DNA of 64,000 bases from Macrostomum lignano (Eukaryota), in the NCBI GenBank assembly GCA_002269645.1, contig NIVC01000271.1:372001-436000 (forward strand). The letters are read 5' to 3'. Positions within the stretch are counted from its first letter, which is position 1. The number at the start of each line of letters is the position of its first letter. Position numbers and translations under genes: made by a program. Under the pieces are notes generated by a model. That model was not told where the DNA came from and made no database searches. It saw nothing but the letters and a program-made list of their open reading frames with translations. Below, in pieces: positions 11,769-25,065 of this stretch.

Positions 11769-14700
11769 CTACTTCCATTCTTCCATTGTTTCTGATCTGT
11801 TTGAAATACTGTGAAAGGTTTCGTTCATGCTGTCCATGCCATCTGGTGCTGAACTGTAATACCTATCCGAATCAAGGCTGGTCATTCTGTTTAAGGAGGA
11901 CAACGTTGGATTAGACGTCCCGTCATGTTGTTCATCAGGTGTGGAATTTTGTGCATTTTCAGGTGTAAAATCAGGTGGTTCTTCAGGTAGGCCACCAAAA
12001 GGAAACGAGTCCGGAGGCAGACAGCTGTAGTAATTGTCTGAAAGCCAGCTGTCGTTTAGTTCGGTGCCAGATTTCGTATCGGGTGGTGCATTAGATGGTG
12101 CATCAGGTGGTGCGTCAGGTGGTGCGTCAGATGGTGCATCAGGTGGTGCATCAGATGGTGCACCAGGTGGTGCATCGAGCTGTGCATCGAGTGGTGCATC
12201 AGGTGGTGCATCAGGTGGTGCATCGAGTGGTGCATCAGGTGGTGCATCAACTGTCCCACCAGAAGTAGTCACATCGGGTTCCAGACTGTGCTGATTGGCT
12301 AAAGACGAGCTAGCGCTTGGGTTTTTTGGAGTGCCAGCAGCAGCATCGACTTTATCACTTTCTGAAGCGTCTGCTGGATTCCTAGGTTTTGATTCAATTA
12401 AAGGTTGTGAAACACTGCTCAGTTTAACATCTTCTTTCTCCACAGACGGCTCAGAACTATTTAATGAGCACAACCGTCTTTTGTAGACAATGAACACCAC
12501 AATGGTTGCAATAAGTACCAGCATAATCGGGCAGGAAACTCCTAAAATGATGGCCAATTTGCTTGGTGAAGCTTCAGTTGAGGTCCAGTCTCGTATTGAT
12601 TGAGTCGTTGCTGTTGGTGATATTCTAATACCGGTAATTAGATCAGAAGAATCTCTAGCGACAACACTAGTAGCATCAGTATCTGCAATGAAATGCATCT
12701 TAGTTGTCTGCTTCTGTTGCAGTGCTTCCATAACTCTCAAAATGACCGCCTTCGCGCTACAGCTGTCTGCATTGTATATCACTGGGTCTCCTCTCTCAGG
12801 AAACTTTACAAGAAATGGAATCTGGCTGCTGCAGCTTCTCGATTTGATTTCCGCTCTGTCCGAAGCATCCACATTCACAGTCACGCACGGACCTGTCGCA
12901 GCGCCTGAATCTCTGTAGTTATTTAAAGGTGTTCCTGATTTACTCCCAGCTTATTTTCATAGCCTCTTCCGTTTTACAGAGATGAAACAGAATTACTCAC
13001 ACAAATTTCTCAGATCCGAGAACAGGCTTCAATTCACATTCACCGCTATCCTGTCTGATTAGAGAGAGCGCTGAGGCATCGGCTGCACTGTAGAACATGC
13101 CGAGACGCACTGGCTGGCTCAGGCTCAGAGGCCGTCTGTACGGGTGCACCGACAGTCTAGCTGTGTCTGAAAACATTTTTATGCTCGTTTTTATAATAAA
13201 GTAGCCATAAAAATTGAAAACAAATTATGAGAGTAGCAACTAACTTGCAGCAATCAGACTGCGGATCTCAGACATGCTGGAGAAGCTGGCCAGCTGAGCA
13301 TCGCCTCTGATGCTGGACATTGCGGCTGTCAAATTGGCTTTGACTTTGCTCACAGCGTAGCTGCTTCCGTTGAAGCTGAGCATGTCCCTGTGGCAGAGTC
13401 CAGGGAGAATCAGCAGGAGTCTCAGCTTTATCTGTGCGGCACGTTGATACCTCGTGTCCCAGCTGGCCTCCACAGTAAGCGGCAGCCTGAAGGCAGCGTT
13501 TGTTAAATTTTAGCGGGGTTTTTATATTTTTACTTAGGGCTGGCTGCTCGATGATTGCTCGCATCTATCCCTTCAGCCTATCAGTCAGACCAAGGTTTGT
13601 CGGCTTTTAAAGCCTGACTTGTGCCTTTCCTGTGCTGAATTCGCTGCACAGTCTGACTTATTCTACTCGCACTGTCTTTTAAGTTGAAGCGGCTTGTGAT
13701 TGGCTGATGTCGTTTTCTCTTATTTCTCTTCCCATCATCTCTCTACTCGGTAAATATTTGATTATTTATTCTGAAGGGAGCTGGAACACCGGAGGGACGC
13801 AGGATTGAGCGCGCATGACATTAGCACGCATTTTGAAACTGCTCTACGTGACACAAGCGCGCATTATCACTTCAAGTGGCAGCTTACTTTACTTTATCGT
13901 TCGTCTTTGTATTTGATCCAAAAATATTCAAAAACATTCCCGACTGGTTTCGTATGCCTGTTTAATGCAAGATTTTTTTCTCTTGGGCTTGGGTCACAGT
14001 CATCGACTTATCTTTGAGGTGACTGCCGTCAAAACTGTCTGCGCTCTTGTGTCACTGCCGCATTCGCGCGCTTCTGCCTGTGCGCGCTTATGTCAAATAT
14101 TGTAAAAATATACGCAATGGCAGTAGCGTCTTGCGCGCTTATTCAGCCCTCCCCACCGGGGTACAGAGGTCACCCTCTTGGAGGCGTTTTTAAAATCAGC
14201 CTCTAGAATCTTTAACTATCTTGAGCAAATAAATTACCCGTTTGATGTGCTTAGCCATGTAATTTAAACTCATAAACGATCCTTACTCATGAGCAACATG
14301 TGCATTTTTCAGTACTTACAGCTGCCGGATTGGGCGGACGAGAAAGAGCCCTGCAGTTGCCAAAAGTTGCCCTCCCGAGCTGTTGAGGACAAGATCCGCC
14401 TGACTTTTCACGTTGTTAATGGACAGAGAAGATCCAGCTGTTGAATTTATCGGTTCTGCCAACAAGACAAGTTTTTGCATGTCATTTTCTGTTGCAGCAG
14501 CCTTGATGCTCCATCGGCAGGTTCGATTGCTCAACGGTCTGTTGTCATTGGTGTCGCCAAGAACTTCGGGAATGATTTTTACGTCTCCATTGTTGATGTC
14601 AATTGTAATTGGACTGACGACTCCGTTTGTGCAGTAGTATGTTTCGGCCTGGCATTCGGATCTATGCGTTTGTGTGGGTTATTTCTGTTTGGATACTTTT

Positions 14701-16078
14701 TATGATCAGATCAAATGCAAATCGAACGAGCAGAGCAAAGTGTGAAAAAAAGAGCTTACTTGAGACAGGCGAGTAAAAGCCAGCAGCTAGCTAGGGCGCA
14801 GGTTCGAATCTAGAATAGCGAAAACAATTTTTATTGCGATAATGAATCTCATTGTTTAGCTTGCAAGGTGTACAGCAGCCCCAACTTTTTAATCGTCAAA
14901 CCCTCTGCGCCAAATGGACGGCCCTCATTGGCAAGAACTCCAAAGTCCTCAGTCAATTTTCGTGCACGAGTCTCAAACTAAGGAGACCACTTTTTAATTA
15001 GTCGCGTTAACGGCTGAGTTTACTCTGAACTAGGGGTGTTCGGGGTTCGGGGTCGGGTCGGGTTTTGGTACCGGGTTCGGGGTCGGTGTAGGGTGTTCGG
15101 GTCGGGTATCGGGTTCGGGGTTAGGTGTTCGGGTTTTCGGGGTTTTCGGGTTCAAAGGATAAAAAAACTTTTTAAAAATAAATTTCTCCTAGCCGTTATG
15201 TAACGCTTTTAAGCATAAAAAGGCGAATATTTAAACTTCGAAAATGCTTGAATTTAAGTTTTCAATTACAAATTTAGGGTTTTAGGGATGAAATCTATGA
15301 ATCTATGGATTCTGGCTGGCCTCTGGACTATGCTTGTGGATTTCAAAATCCCTTTATTTTTAACTACAAACATTTTTATCAAACACATGAATTAAAGATG
15401 TAAGGGTGTTTAACCTTTATTTTCCAATTCTTCATTAAGCTACACTCGGATGTTGCGCTAACAATGACAACTTAAACCCAAGTTGGTAAACATTAGGATA
15501 AGTGGATGTTAAAGTCAATGCTTAGATCTTAAGAATGAGGAGTCAAATTATAGGGAGGAGAGGAGTGAAGACTTAAAATTGCTAGCTGATGACTAGAAAT
15601 AGGAGTAAGGAGCCAGGGCTGCAATGAAAACGAGAAGTAGACTACTAGAAGTACCTCTTGACGAGCAACTCCCTTCAGTTGTCACTCTTGGAAAATCACG
15701 GAAAGCCTGCGATGAAGCGTTCTACTTTTAGGGAAAGTTCGGGGTCGGGTCGGGTCGGGTTTCGGTCCGGGTTGGGTTTTGGGTTCGGGGTCCGTACCCG
15801 GAAAAAATGGAAACCCGAACACCCCTACTCTGAACACAGGTAAGGAAAATGCGCTAAGCAATTAATCTGTAAAAATATGTCTAGTACAATTCGTTTTTTG
15901 ACTAAACTAATCATTTTAGTCACTACAAAACAATTGGATCAATAAATAAAGTTGAAAATATTGTTATGCTATACTACAGTATTTGACAAATTGATTTTTT
16001 AACCAGCAAAATTTGCTCAAATAGCTCCTAAGATATTGGAGCACAAAAATAAAAGCCCGATGACTACAAACTTACCAT
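11769..16078 (-). CDS. Paralog B: signal peptide + CUB-like + atypical CTLD + TM + DAPP-repeat tail (~648 aa)
   Basis: ATG 16078-16076 directly followed by GTAAGT; exons 14809-14760, 14661-14320, 13486-13245, 13166-13001, 12912-11769; total 1947 nt = 649 codons. N-terminus MIRTCALASCWLLLACLKSECQAETYYC; TM LAIILGVSCPIMLVLIATIVVFIVY-KRR. Confidence 0.85.
15031..15827. mobile_element. Non-autonomous hAT-like element in intron 1 of paralog B
   Basis: TIR TAGGGGTGTTCGGG ... CCCGAACACCCCTA; perfect 8-bp TSD CTCTGAAC (15023-15030, 15828-15835); subterminal TCGGG(T) repeats. Confidence 0.88.
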
Positions 16079-17178
16079 ATTTCGGACAGACCGAACAAAT
16101 TTTCTGCTAGCAAATTCAGTGAATACAGTGTCGTCGTACTTGTGGCTTTTCTGTGATATTACAACTGAGACGTCGAAAGATAACCCAGCCTTTTTACAAC
16201 CTATGCTATTAAATCCTTGCACAGCTGTGCAAAAGATCGAGCTGAGAATTTCATTGTACAAAACTCACTTGAAGACGTGAATAGTTTGATTGTACAGCGA
16301 ATAGACAATGAAGAAAAGTTTTTGAGCAAAAGAGCTAGACTTAGCTAACTGGAGAGGCTGGAATTGGAGCTGAGAGAAGATGAAGCGCGTTGCAGAGCTC
16401 ACTCAAATTGAAAGAGAGACGGAGAGACAGAGAATAATACTCGAGTAGCTGAGTATTGCTTATTCACCTCTGCTGCTCATTCTCATTCTTAGTAATACGG
16501 GTGTATCATGAGCTGACAAAGATGCCAAGTAGCTAGTAGTATTGCATGTTTGCAAAGATACCAGCTCACACATTTGCCTAGCATTTTCGGGTTTAATATG
16601 AAGTCGGTAAATTTTCTAGAGTTGCCTCCTGCATTAGTGAAACTCGGACTACACACAATACAGAACTTCTCAGCTGTACTCTTTATCAAAGCCAATCACT
16701 GAGCATTAGAACCATACAGCAATTTTTTATAGAGGCTTAAGCGCACGTTTAGAATCAAATTACAGAAGACCATTCTTTGTAGGCTATAGTATTTCTCACG
16801 AATGGTTTATTGGGATACATATATATTTATAGCTTATGCAGCTAAGGTTTGTAAGAGCTTAAGCTCGCTCATATTCTTTAGCATATTTAAAAAAACAATT
16901 TTAAATTCTGAATAATGATTAGTATCATCTTACGAGTACTACTGACCGTGAATCTTAATTCAATGACTAACCATTTCGATAGAAATTATCGAAAGAAGTA
17001 TGTTCTTTACGAAGCATATTGAAAGGAAAAAGACATCTTAAAAGCATCAATGAGAAATTTCAAAGTTTTAACAAGTATTGAAACATTAAACAGTTCTTAT
17101 ATGTAAAAAAAACGTCTTATACAGGTAGCTCGGCCACATTTTTCAAACAAGTTCCTTCATCGACAACGAAGCCCAAAT

Positions 17179-20019
17179 CTATTGCTGATCAGAGCTCGTG
17201 CTTGCCATCTGGTTTGAATCAGAATAAAACTTACACGTCTGGAAGTCTTCTTCGAAAATTGGCTGGCTTGGAGGATCTTGATGCTGATCAGAGTTAATGC
17301 TTTCCATCTGGTTTGAATCAAAATCAAACTTACACGTCTGGAAGTCTTCTTCGAAAATTGGCTGGCTTGGAGGATCTTGATGCCGATCAGAGTTTATGCT
17401 TTCCATCTGGTTTGAATCAAAATTAGGACACGTCTGGAAGTCTTCGTCGAAAATTGGCTGGCTTGGAGTATCTTGATGCTGATTAGAGCTTACTATTTGA
17501 TTTGGATCTTTGAACTGTTCTGGATCATCAGAATTTGTCGGATTTGGATTGCGATGCTGTTCCGGCCTTACGGCTTTCATGTGACTCTGACTCATCAAAC
17601 CTGTTGTGTACTCCTCTGGATCCTCAAAGGTGACATGTTTCGAATTTTCAGTTGATTCGGCAGTCTTTTCACCAGATGGATCAGCTGAGAGCCCAGGCTG
17701 CACATGTAAATTTGAAGATGCATTGGATTTAGCATTCGGCTGGGGCGGCTCGCTTACATAGGCGACCAAAGCAGAACCTTCTTCCTTTTCTAATTCAACT
17801 TCTTTTTTGCTATCATCCCGCATTGCTGTTCTTCTTTGCCTTTTTCGCCTCTTCTTTTTGAGCACGAAATATAATACAGAAGATCCAAGCAAAACGGCAA
17901 CAACTGCACAGATGACTGCAACTATTATTGGCAGATTGGTTTGAGAACTTTCTGGTGTTGTTTCGACCAGCAGCGTTGACATGGTAGTAGGCAATGCTGT
18001 GCTAGATGGTTTAGTAATCGTTGAAATGAAGTTAGCAGCCCTTTGCAATAGTTCTGAAATGGCTGTAACGACAGCCTGAGTATTGCAGCTTGTGAGATCA
18101 CGGTCAGCGCTTCTGCTCTCTGGAAAACTTATGAGAATTAGCATTGAACTGCTACAGTTCCTAAACTCGACAGACGCTTTGTCTGATGCATCAACTTTCA
18201 GGGTTGAGCATGGACCTGACACTGCAGCTGATCCACTGAAAGGCAAGAAATACTTGAAGTTTTAGAATGGACTTTTATATAAATAAAAACAAGACAGCAG
18301 CCATTTTCATTGCTGACTCACACAAACTCCTCAGCTGTGGCAACCGGCTCCAGTTCACACGCACCATAGCGGTTTCTTTTAGGAGAAATCATTGAGGCAT
18401 TGGCTGCACTGTAGAACATGCCGAGACGCACTGGCTGGCTCAGGCTCAGGGGCCGTCTGTACGGATGTACCGACAGTCTGGCTGTGTCTGAAACGTTTGC
18501 AATGTTAAATTCGAATAGAAATCGGAAAAGGTAAAATAAATTTGCTTTATTTTCAGCAACTCACTTGCAATTGTAAAGTTATTGATTTCAGTCATGCTAG
18601 AGAAGCTGGCCATCTGAGCATCGCCTCTGATGCTGGACATTGCGGCTGTCACATTGGCTTTGACTTTGCTCACAGCGTAGCAGTTTCCGTTAAAGCTGAG
18701 CATGTCTCTGTGGCAGAGTCCAGGGAGAATCAGCAGGAGTCTCAGCTTTACCTGTGCGGCACGTTGGTACCTCGGGTCCCAGCTGGCCTCCACAGTGAGC
18801 GGCAGTCTGAAGCATCAAATCAAATTGCAGCTTGCCTTTTTTTGATCACTAATTATATGCCTTTACTGGAAAGTATTCTCTACTTACAGCTGTCCGATGG
18901 GCAGAGCGAAAAACATTCCAGCCGTCACTGGAACTTTTCCACCGTTGTAATTTACGACAAAGTCTGCAGGACGTTTCTGCTCGCCTTTTGGCGGTGGCGA
19001 ACTTCTGTCCACTGTGGCATCCATGGTCACTCCCTGAAGGACTAGCGGTATTTCTTTTCTTGTCACAGAACTGTCAATGCTCCATCGGCAGCTCTTGTAG
19101 CTCAGTTCAGAGTCGCCGCTCTCACCAAATATCACAGGGACAATCGTTTCCTCTTGGTTTTGTAATTCGTCAATTTTTACTGGCCTGATCATATTATTGT
19201 TGCAGTAGTGATTCGCGGCCTCGCATTGGAATCTTGAAGGTGGAATGCGTGGAAGTTTTGCAGGTACATTAAAAAGTCTGGACCGACATCAATCTATCTG
19301 TATTCCTAGTTGCTTCAGGTAAATTTAGCCATCGAGTTTGCTAGTAAACTAAACTAACTAAACCATACTAAACTAAACTAGCGAGCCATAGGCAATTCGT
19401 TGTCACGCTTAGATTATTGAGGAAGTAGGTACAAAGTTGCTCAAAATTAGGTACAGAGATGAACAGAAAACCATATTTTTAGTTCGTAGTAACACCTCCA
19501 CACCTAATCACGCTAGAACACTTACTTTAAACACGTTATTAGTAGCAGGACAAGCACAGGATCGCATCTTTGACTCTGAAAAATTCGGCGAATTAAATCA
19601 ACCACCATGTTCGTTCGAAAACTTGTCATTCTATTGTACTTGCTGGTGATCGGTAGCTATTATTGGTATATTACAGGTATATTTACAAGTTACTGTAGGT
19701 AGGAGTCACAGCTTAATATAGCCAAAGCTCCAACTCCTTATTTAGGTATCTTATCATTTGAGCACGGGAAAGGTTGTTGTTGGGGCAGCATAACTCAAAA
19801 CAGTGGGTCGACCTTATCACTTGCTTTGTGCATATACAGTATGTTTTAACTAAATTTAAGTAGCTCGTAATTTGAGATTAGACAATTAAAACCGATCGAC
19901 AGTAAATAGGCTTTTGTACTTTTTTAGTTCCTTGTTTTTTGCTTAACAACTGACTTTACTGTCAACTGAGATTCCTAAATAAACTCTTTCTTTGCAAACA
20001 AGACAGGAACACTTACCAT
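17179..20019 (-). CDS. Paralog C: signal peptide + CUB-like + atypical CTLD + TM + tail with three ~33-aa repeats (~620 aa)
   Basis: ATG 20019-20017 then GTAAGT; exons 19575-19526, 19232-18888, 18806-18565, 18487-18322, 18235-17179; total 1863 nt = 621 codons. Same 50, 242 and 166-nt exons as B. N-terminus MSQRCDPVLVLLLITCLKFQCEAANHYC; TM LPIIVAVICAVVAVLLGSSVLYFVL-KKKRR. Confidence 0.87.
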
Positions 20020-21299
20020 ATCGTTATGCATGAGTATCTGGCCTTCATAAGCCAGTAGAATGCTGAGAACCTACTTGGCGGAAAGTTTTTCGTGTCAGTA
20101 TTGTACTGTTTTGCTACACAGAATGGAATAGCATACTTTTTTCTGCAAGTGCTTTTTATGCATTTCTCTTGTACGCTTAAATTGTACGTTACCCGTACGT
20201 ACTCGTACATACAGTGGAGACACAATATAGAAGAACTTTCTCACTTGCAAGCAGAAGAGAAAAGGCTTGGATCCAGAACCGCAAGCCCAGTAGCTGCCTG
20301 CTTTAGGCTAGTCGAGGACTGAAAATGAGAACGAATGTACAGCTACGGCACATGTAGACGGAAAATATAGAATGGAAAAGCGGAGTAACAGAACGACTGA
20401 GTAACAGAGCGACGGAGTGTACGGAGTGTATGGAATGGGGTGTACGGCTTATAATTTTACAAGCCGTACACTCCATTGGGCTCAAGAGAGAGTAAACCAT
20501 GAGTCACTACTCTCTACATAGGAGTATGTACTGTGTATAAATTTAACCGATACATTCGAAACAAATTATGATGGATTCACAGGAGAACGAGACTAAATTT
20601 AGAGATAAAGGAAGATTCAACTGGGATATATATGGTACCCATTTATATTAACAATTCACATTCTTCTAAAGACTTATAGCTGTATTTGAATTTTGTTTGA
20701 ATTTATATTGTCAGCCCAGTTGGTAGACGACATTTGACTGCTCCAATTTGACTGCCACAAATCAATAACGTGTACATTAACTTAACTTCTGGCACCCTCC
20801 CAGTGGTCAAGACAGAGAGCCGCATTCAAACTAACAAAGTTAAGCGGCTAACAAACCACCCGCACCACGCGAAGGCAGCAAAGCGAACGCCATGCTGCTG
20901 CCGTGCTGGTCCCTACGGATCTTCCAGGTAGCGCCGGGGTCACTAGGCTTAATTGTGTCGAGCCCCAGTCGTACTCGCTAGCGTCAAGGCTGACTCGGGA
21001 CTTCACCATGAAGACTTAGGCACCGGATGAATCTTCTAATACACATCGGTGGACCAATGGTATTGTTCAATTGCTAGCTTGTACTTCAGGTTGACGTCTG
21101 GCTGGAACGAGTTTTTGAGTAGCTCTTGGTGCAGGGGGAAACAAGCGTGACACAGGGGTTGAACTCGGATACCTGAACGCGTTCTGCGCAGGTCCGAGCG
21201 ATAACTGTTCGTGATGGCAGAAATGGGAGAACTAAAGCACTGGAGAACCTGGAGAGGTAGGACGCGACCTTCATGGGCCGCCAAAGGAGGCGGTGAAAC

Positions 21300-22605
21300 G
21301 AACGCGGCGGCCGAAATTCAAAATGGAATGGACACAGCTCGATTATAAGCTTGTGCACTTTTGTGAGCGCTTACTGCCGAGCCATCACACCATTGGCTTT
21401 GCAATCTGATCCGTCTGCAACCTTCGGCTTTGCGATCCGCTCTACCATCCGCCGCCGTGGTGCTACTACCGCACTCTCAGGGACACCGACAATGCACCGC
21501 CGCCGCTTTGCTAGAGCTGCAGTTAGAGCCCCCCTCCCCCATGGAATAGGAAGTCCTGCTGATGCGACCAGGACAACCCACGATTTAGCAAGCAAGGGAA
21601 GATCTGGATAGGCTCCGTTTGAGCACCCAGGACTAGATGTCAGAGGGCGCATGGCCTGATATTCCATTAACGCTCTGACGGGGGCGAAAGCGGCAAATTC
21701 CAGACAATACCAGACAATCTGACTTTGTCGCCAGAGGCGTCATTCGCGGAGGAGAATTTCAGTGTAGCAGCAGTCAGTACAGGCGACTTTGTAAAGCTCA
21801 CCTAACAGTCGTCAGGCGGGAAAGCACTGGATCCGGACAAGGTGCTAGACAAGGTCAAGGTATTGCGGATAAACCATGTAGCCAATAAGGTCGCCAGAGT
21901 GGGGGCAACACATCGCCGCTATTCTTAAGAAGTCGGACCCTCAGTCCTGGGCTGCGAATTTGTTCAACCGGATGCTGTTGTGGTTGCAGCCCGTGCTGGA
22001 TCCGTACCTGCTACCTGAGCAGAACGGTTTCGCGGCCCCTATCGCGACAGAGTGGCGCAAATCCTGGTACTTTTTCCGAGTCATCGAGTTGACGCAGATG
22101 CGCCAGTCGATCCTGATTGAATTTTTTCTTTGCTGTTTTCCAGAAGGTATTCGACTTGGTCGTCTGAGCCATGCTCTCAAAGGTGTGTGCGATGTAAAAG
22201 AGCAACTATAGTTTTCGCCATTTCGGCACTAAAGTGCTGCATCAATACGGGACTCCCTTTCGACCTTCTTTAAGACATTCCCTAGGGTGCTTCAGGTATA
22301 TCCTCAACCACCGAGGGCTCCCAGCAACACCAGGACAGTCTGTTTGCTGTTGCAGCGAATGCGTATCTGGTGGTCAACACCTAGAGGGCCATTGCGCTCT
22401 GCATGCAGGACGACACCAATGCCTTTGTGTCGAGGCGCTGACAGACAGGGGACTGAACCTTTGCACGTTGTCAGCAGTTCATGCCCCGGATTCGGTCTAC
22501 GTTTGCGCCTAGGCTCTGAGGCGTACTTCTGTGACACTGACGTGCTAGTGAACTGAATGACAGTGTGTTATATTTTTGTTGTTGTTGTTGTTGTTGTTGT
22601 TGTTT
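21300..22605 (+). mobile_element. Heavily decayed RTE/RTEX-like non-LTR retrotransposon (5' boundary uncertain, may start near 20800)
   Basis: Fragments in shifting frames: TQLDYKLV (APE endonuclease), KALDPD, HIAAILKKSD, LFNRMLLWLQPVLDPYLLPEQNGF, FQKVFDLV (RT), and a C-terminus GRHQCLCVEALTDRGL loosely like the 28-kb element; (TTG)n tail at 22576-22605. Confidence 0.65.
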
Positions 22606-23747
22606 GAATTTCACGCTATTTAAATTATAGCATGCTAATAAATATGGTATTGCATTCAAGACAGAAAACGACTCGATCTAAAATTAAGAATGGTTTAAAG
22701 TAAGACTCTTAAGAGGAAAATAACAAGTACTGTTGAAATCGGTGAATAAAAAACAAATGTAATCTTCGAGAATTTTAATAGTCGGCAGTCAAATGATCGG
22801 CCTAAAATTAGAGCTGGTTAAAACGTAGAGCTCTGAAAAGGTTCCCAATGTTTGACCCCAACGCGATTTGGTCAACATGCTGCCGACGGGTTCAAAGATT
22901 GCTGGCACAACAAACAGCCAATGATTTTCAAGCTGCAACTTTTGCGCGAGATCTGTCGATACCAACTTGCTTTCTAGATGCATGCGTAATTAGTCTGCTT
23001 TGTGGATGATTCTGCGAATAGCAAAAGAAAATACGAATCTGACAACTGCGTGTACGAGCCGTATAACTGTATGTAGTTGCGTACTGGGAAGTTTTTGCAC
23101 AAACTGCGTTGCTGAAGTGCGAAATTTGAGTGTTTCACACTATTTCCATGATCTGTTTATATACGAACCCGGGTGCAATCTCGTATCTCTGAACAAAAAC
23201 CACTTGATCTATATGAATATTTCATCATAGCTATACATAACTTTTAAAGTAAAATTTAAGTAAAATAGCGAAAATGTAAAATAATTTTGATTGCCATTGA
23301 ACTTCTGTCGAATTTTTTTAAGGTAATGTTCTACGAGTAGTGTTCTCGTAAGCATAGCAACGTCCTAAAGAAGTCCTGACGAATGAGTCTCACAAGCAGT
23401 ATTCAGTGCCGCTCTAATGTACGTGTAATGCTATTCGATATAACTGTGGGATGCAGTATTCGTTATTACCAGGTAATTTGAGAGGATTTTCACTAAGTTA
23501 ATTCTATATTGTTAGTTGCATACTGCACAAGAATGTTAGCTTGTTAAGTTAGATTTTGTTTCCAAGAAATGATACTCATATTAAAAATGCAATTTTTAGT
23601 CTTTTCTGTAAACATTGTAATACAACTTGGACTTCAATTAGCCTGTGAACGAGCTATAACATCGTAAAGAGCAGAAAATTATATTAGTAGTCACTGTTGC
23701 TCCACACTAAAGCAAGATAATAGAAACATAATATACATTTATTTTCC

Positions 23748-23952
23748 ATTAAGAAGGTGAGCGCTATTATTTTTTTTTGCGACATGTTTCGCCTCGCGTC
23801 AGGCATCTTCAGGCTCTTAAAGTTAGTAACGATTTATTTGTTCATTTATATTTAACAATTAAGAGTAAGATCGGGTCGATAAAAATCAGAAATGTATATA
23901 AATTAACAGTAGATTGTACAGTCCGACGGAGCGCTCACAGAGTTGCAATGAG

Positions 23953-23990
<38 letters not shown>

Positions 23991-24326
23991 GTGAGTGAGA
24001 GTGAGATGAGCACAAGTGTACACCTAGAATACTCTAAGTAGGGCACTGGCACCATGATTGGCAAGTTGCTTATTTAGGATTGGTTTACGCGATTTTATAT
24101 ACAGGGCTTCAAGCACTTTTAGTCTGTACTCATTTGAGCACGCATGGATGGTGGAAAAGTTTTTATCTATTTGGCTGTCACAGCATTCTTTGCATATCAT
24201 CAGGTGGTCGTGCACGGCCGACATCTTTTGCCTATGTTCTCTACTTCTCACGTACAGGTGTCGGGTAGTGCCTGACGCGAGGCGAAACATGTCGCATAAA
24301 AAATGATAGCGCTCACCTTCTTAATT
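23748..24326 (-). mobile_element. 5'-truncated Penelope-like element with GIY-YIG C-terminus and inverted terminal copy
   Basis: ORF 24024-24290 GTTRHLYVRSREH..SAVHDH..C..F..LKVLEALYIK..PILNKQ is typical of PLE GIY-YIG domains; 23748-23806 and 24270-24326 are inverted copies of the 3' end. Confidence 0.8.
23779..23816 (-). ncRNA. Minimal hammerhead-ribozyme-like core at the PLE 3' end
   Basis: Minus strand CUGAAGA-U-GCCU gacgcg AGGC-GAAAC-AU-GUC: conserved core, 4-bp stem II, palindromic ACAUGU stem III; stem I reduced to about 2 bp. Confidence 0.55.
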
Positions 24327-25065
24327 CTACTTTTTCTCAGACGCGCAACTTTACCACAGTATTATTTTCCATTAGTTAATTGCAGCGCAACGTAGTAGCT
24401 GCTTAACTTACTATACTACTGCTAGTACTGTACTCGAGTCACCTACATGTAGAAAAAGCTCGTATATGCGAGTCGTTCAAAACTATGCTTACATGTATTG
24501 AAAAGCTCTGATTAAGTAAGAATGTTAGAATGTTCTCGACTTCAGCTCCTGCGCCATGGAGCTGTACTGTGCAATTAGCGTCTGGAGGAGGGAGATTACC
24601 CTCCACTCGGATAGCCAAGCGGCCGATTCACGCACTTGAGCGCACCACCACCTGCTCGCGTACAGTCCTCGACTGCATCAAGGCAGCTTAACCTTTTAGG
24701 CGTCTCCAGCTAGATGTCCCTAAGATGAATCCCCGGGCACTCGGGCCACCCCGGCATCGCCTGACCAAGGCTGGTTCGACGGGTCTTTAAGGGGTTACCT
24801 TTCTTTCAAGGGCTACCGGCGAGCGACCATCCATCTTCTGGACTCTCCAGAAGTTAGTCTCGTAGTTAGTTAAGAAAGACAATTTAAATGTTTTTTGCAC
24901 TGTACCTATGACAAAAAATGTAACACCATGGCACAAACAAGGCAGTTATTTTTAATGATGCAACAAATTTTGAACTTTTATGCGTTAGTAGAAACTATTT
25001 ACATTTTTCGAAGAAATACTAGTTTATTGACTTTATTGTTATTTTTTTAACTTAACAATTTAAAT

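Noticed and set aside
24560-24860. GC-richer segment possibly the 3' end of another LINE
   Set aside because: No convincing protein motif or tail.
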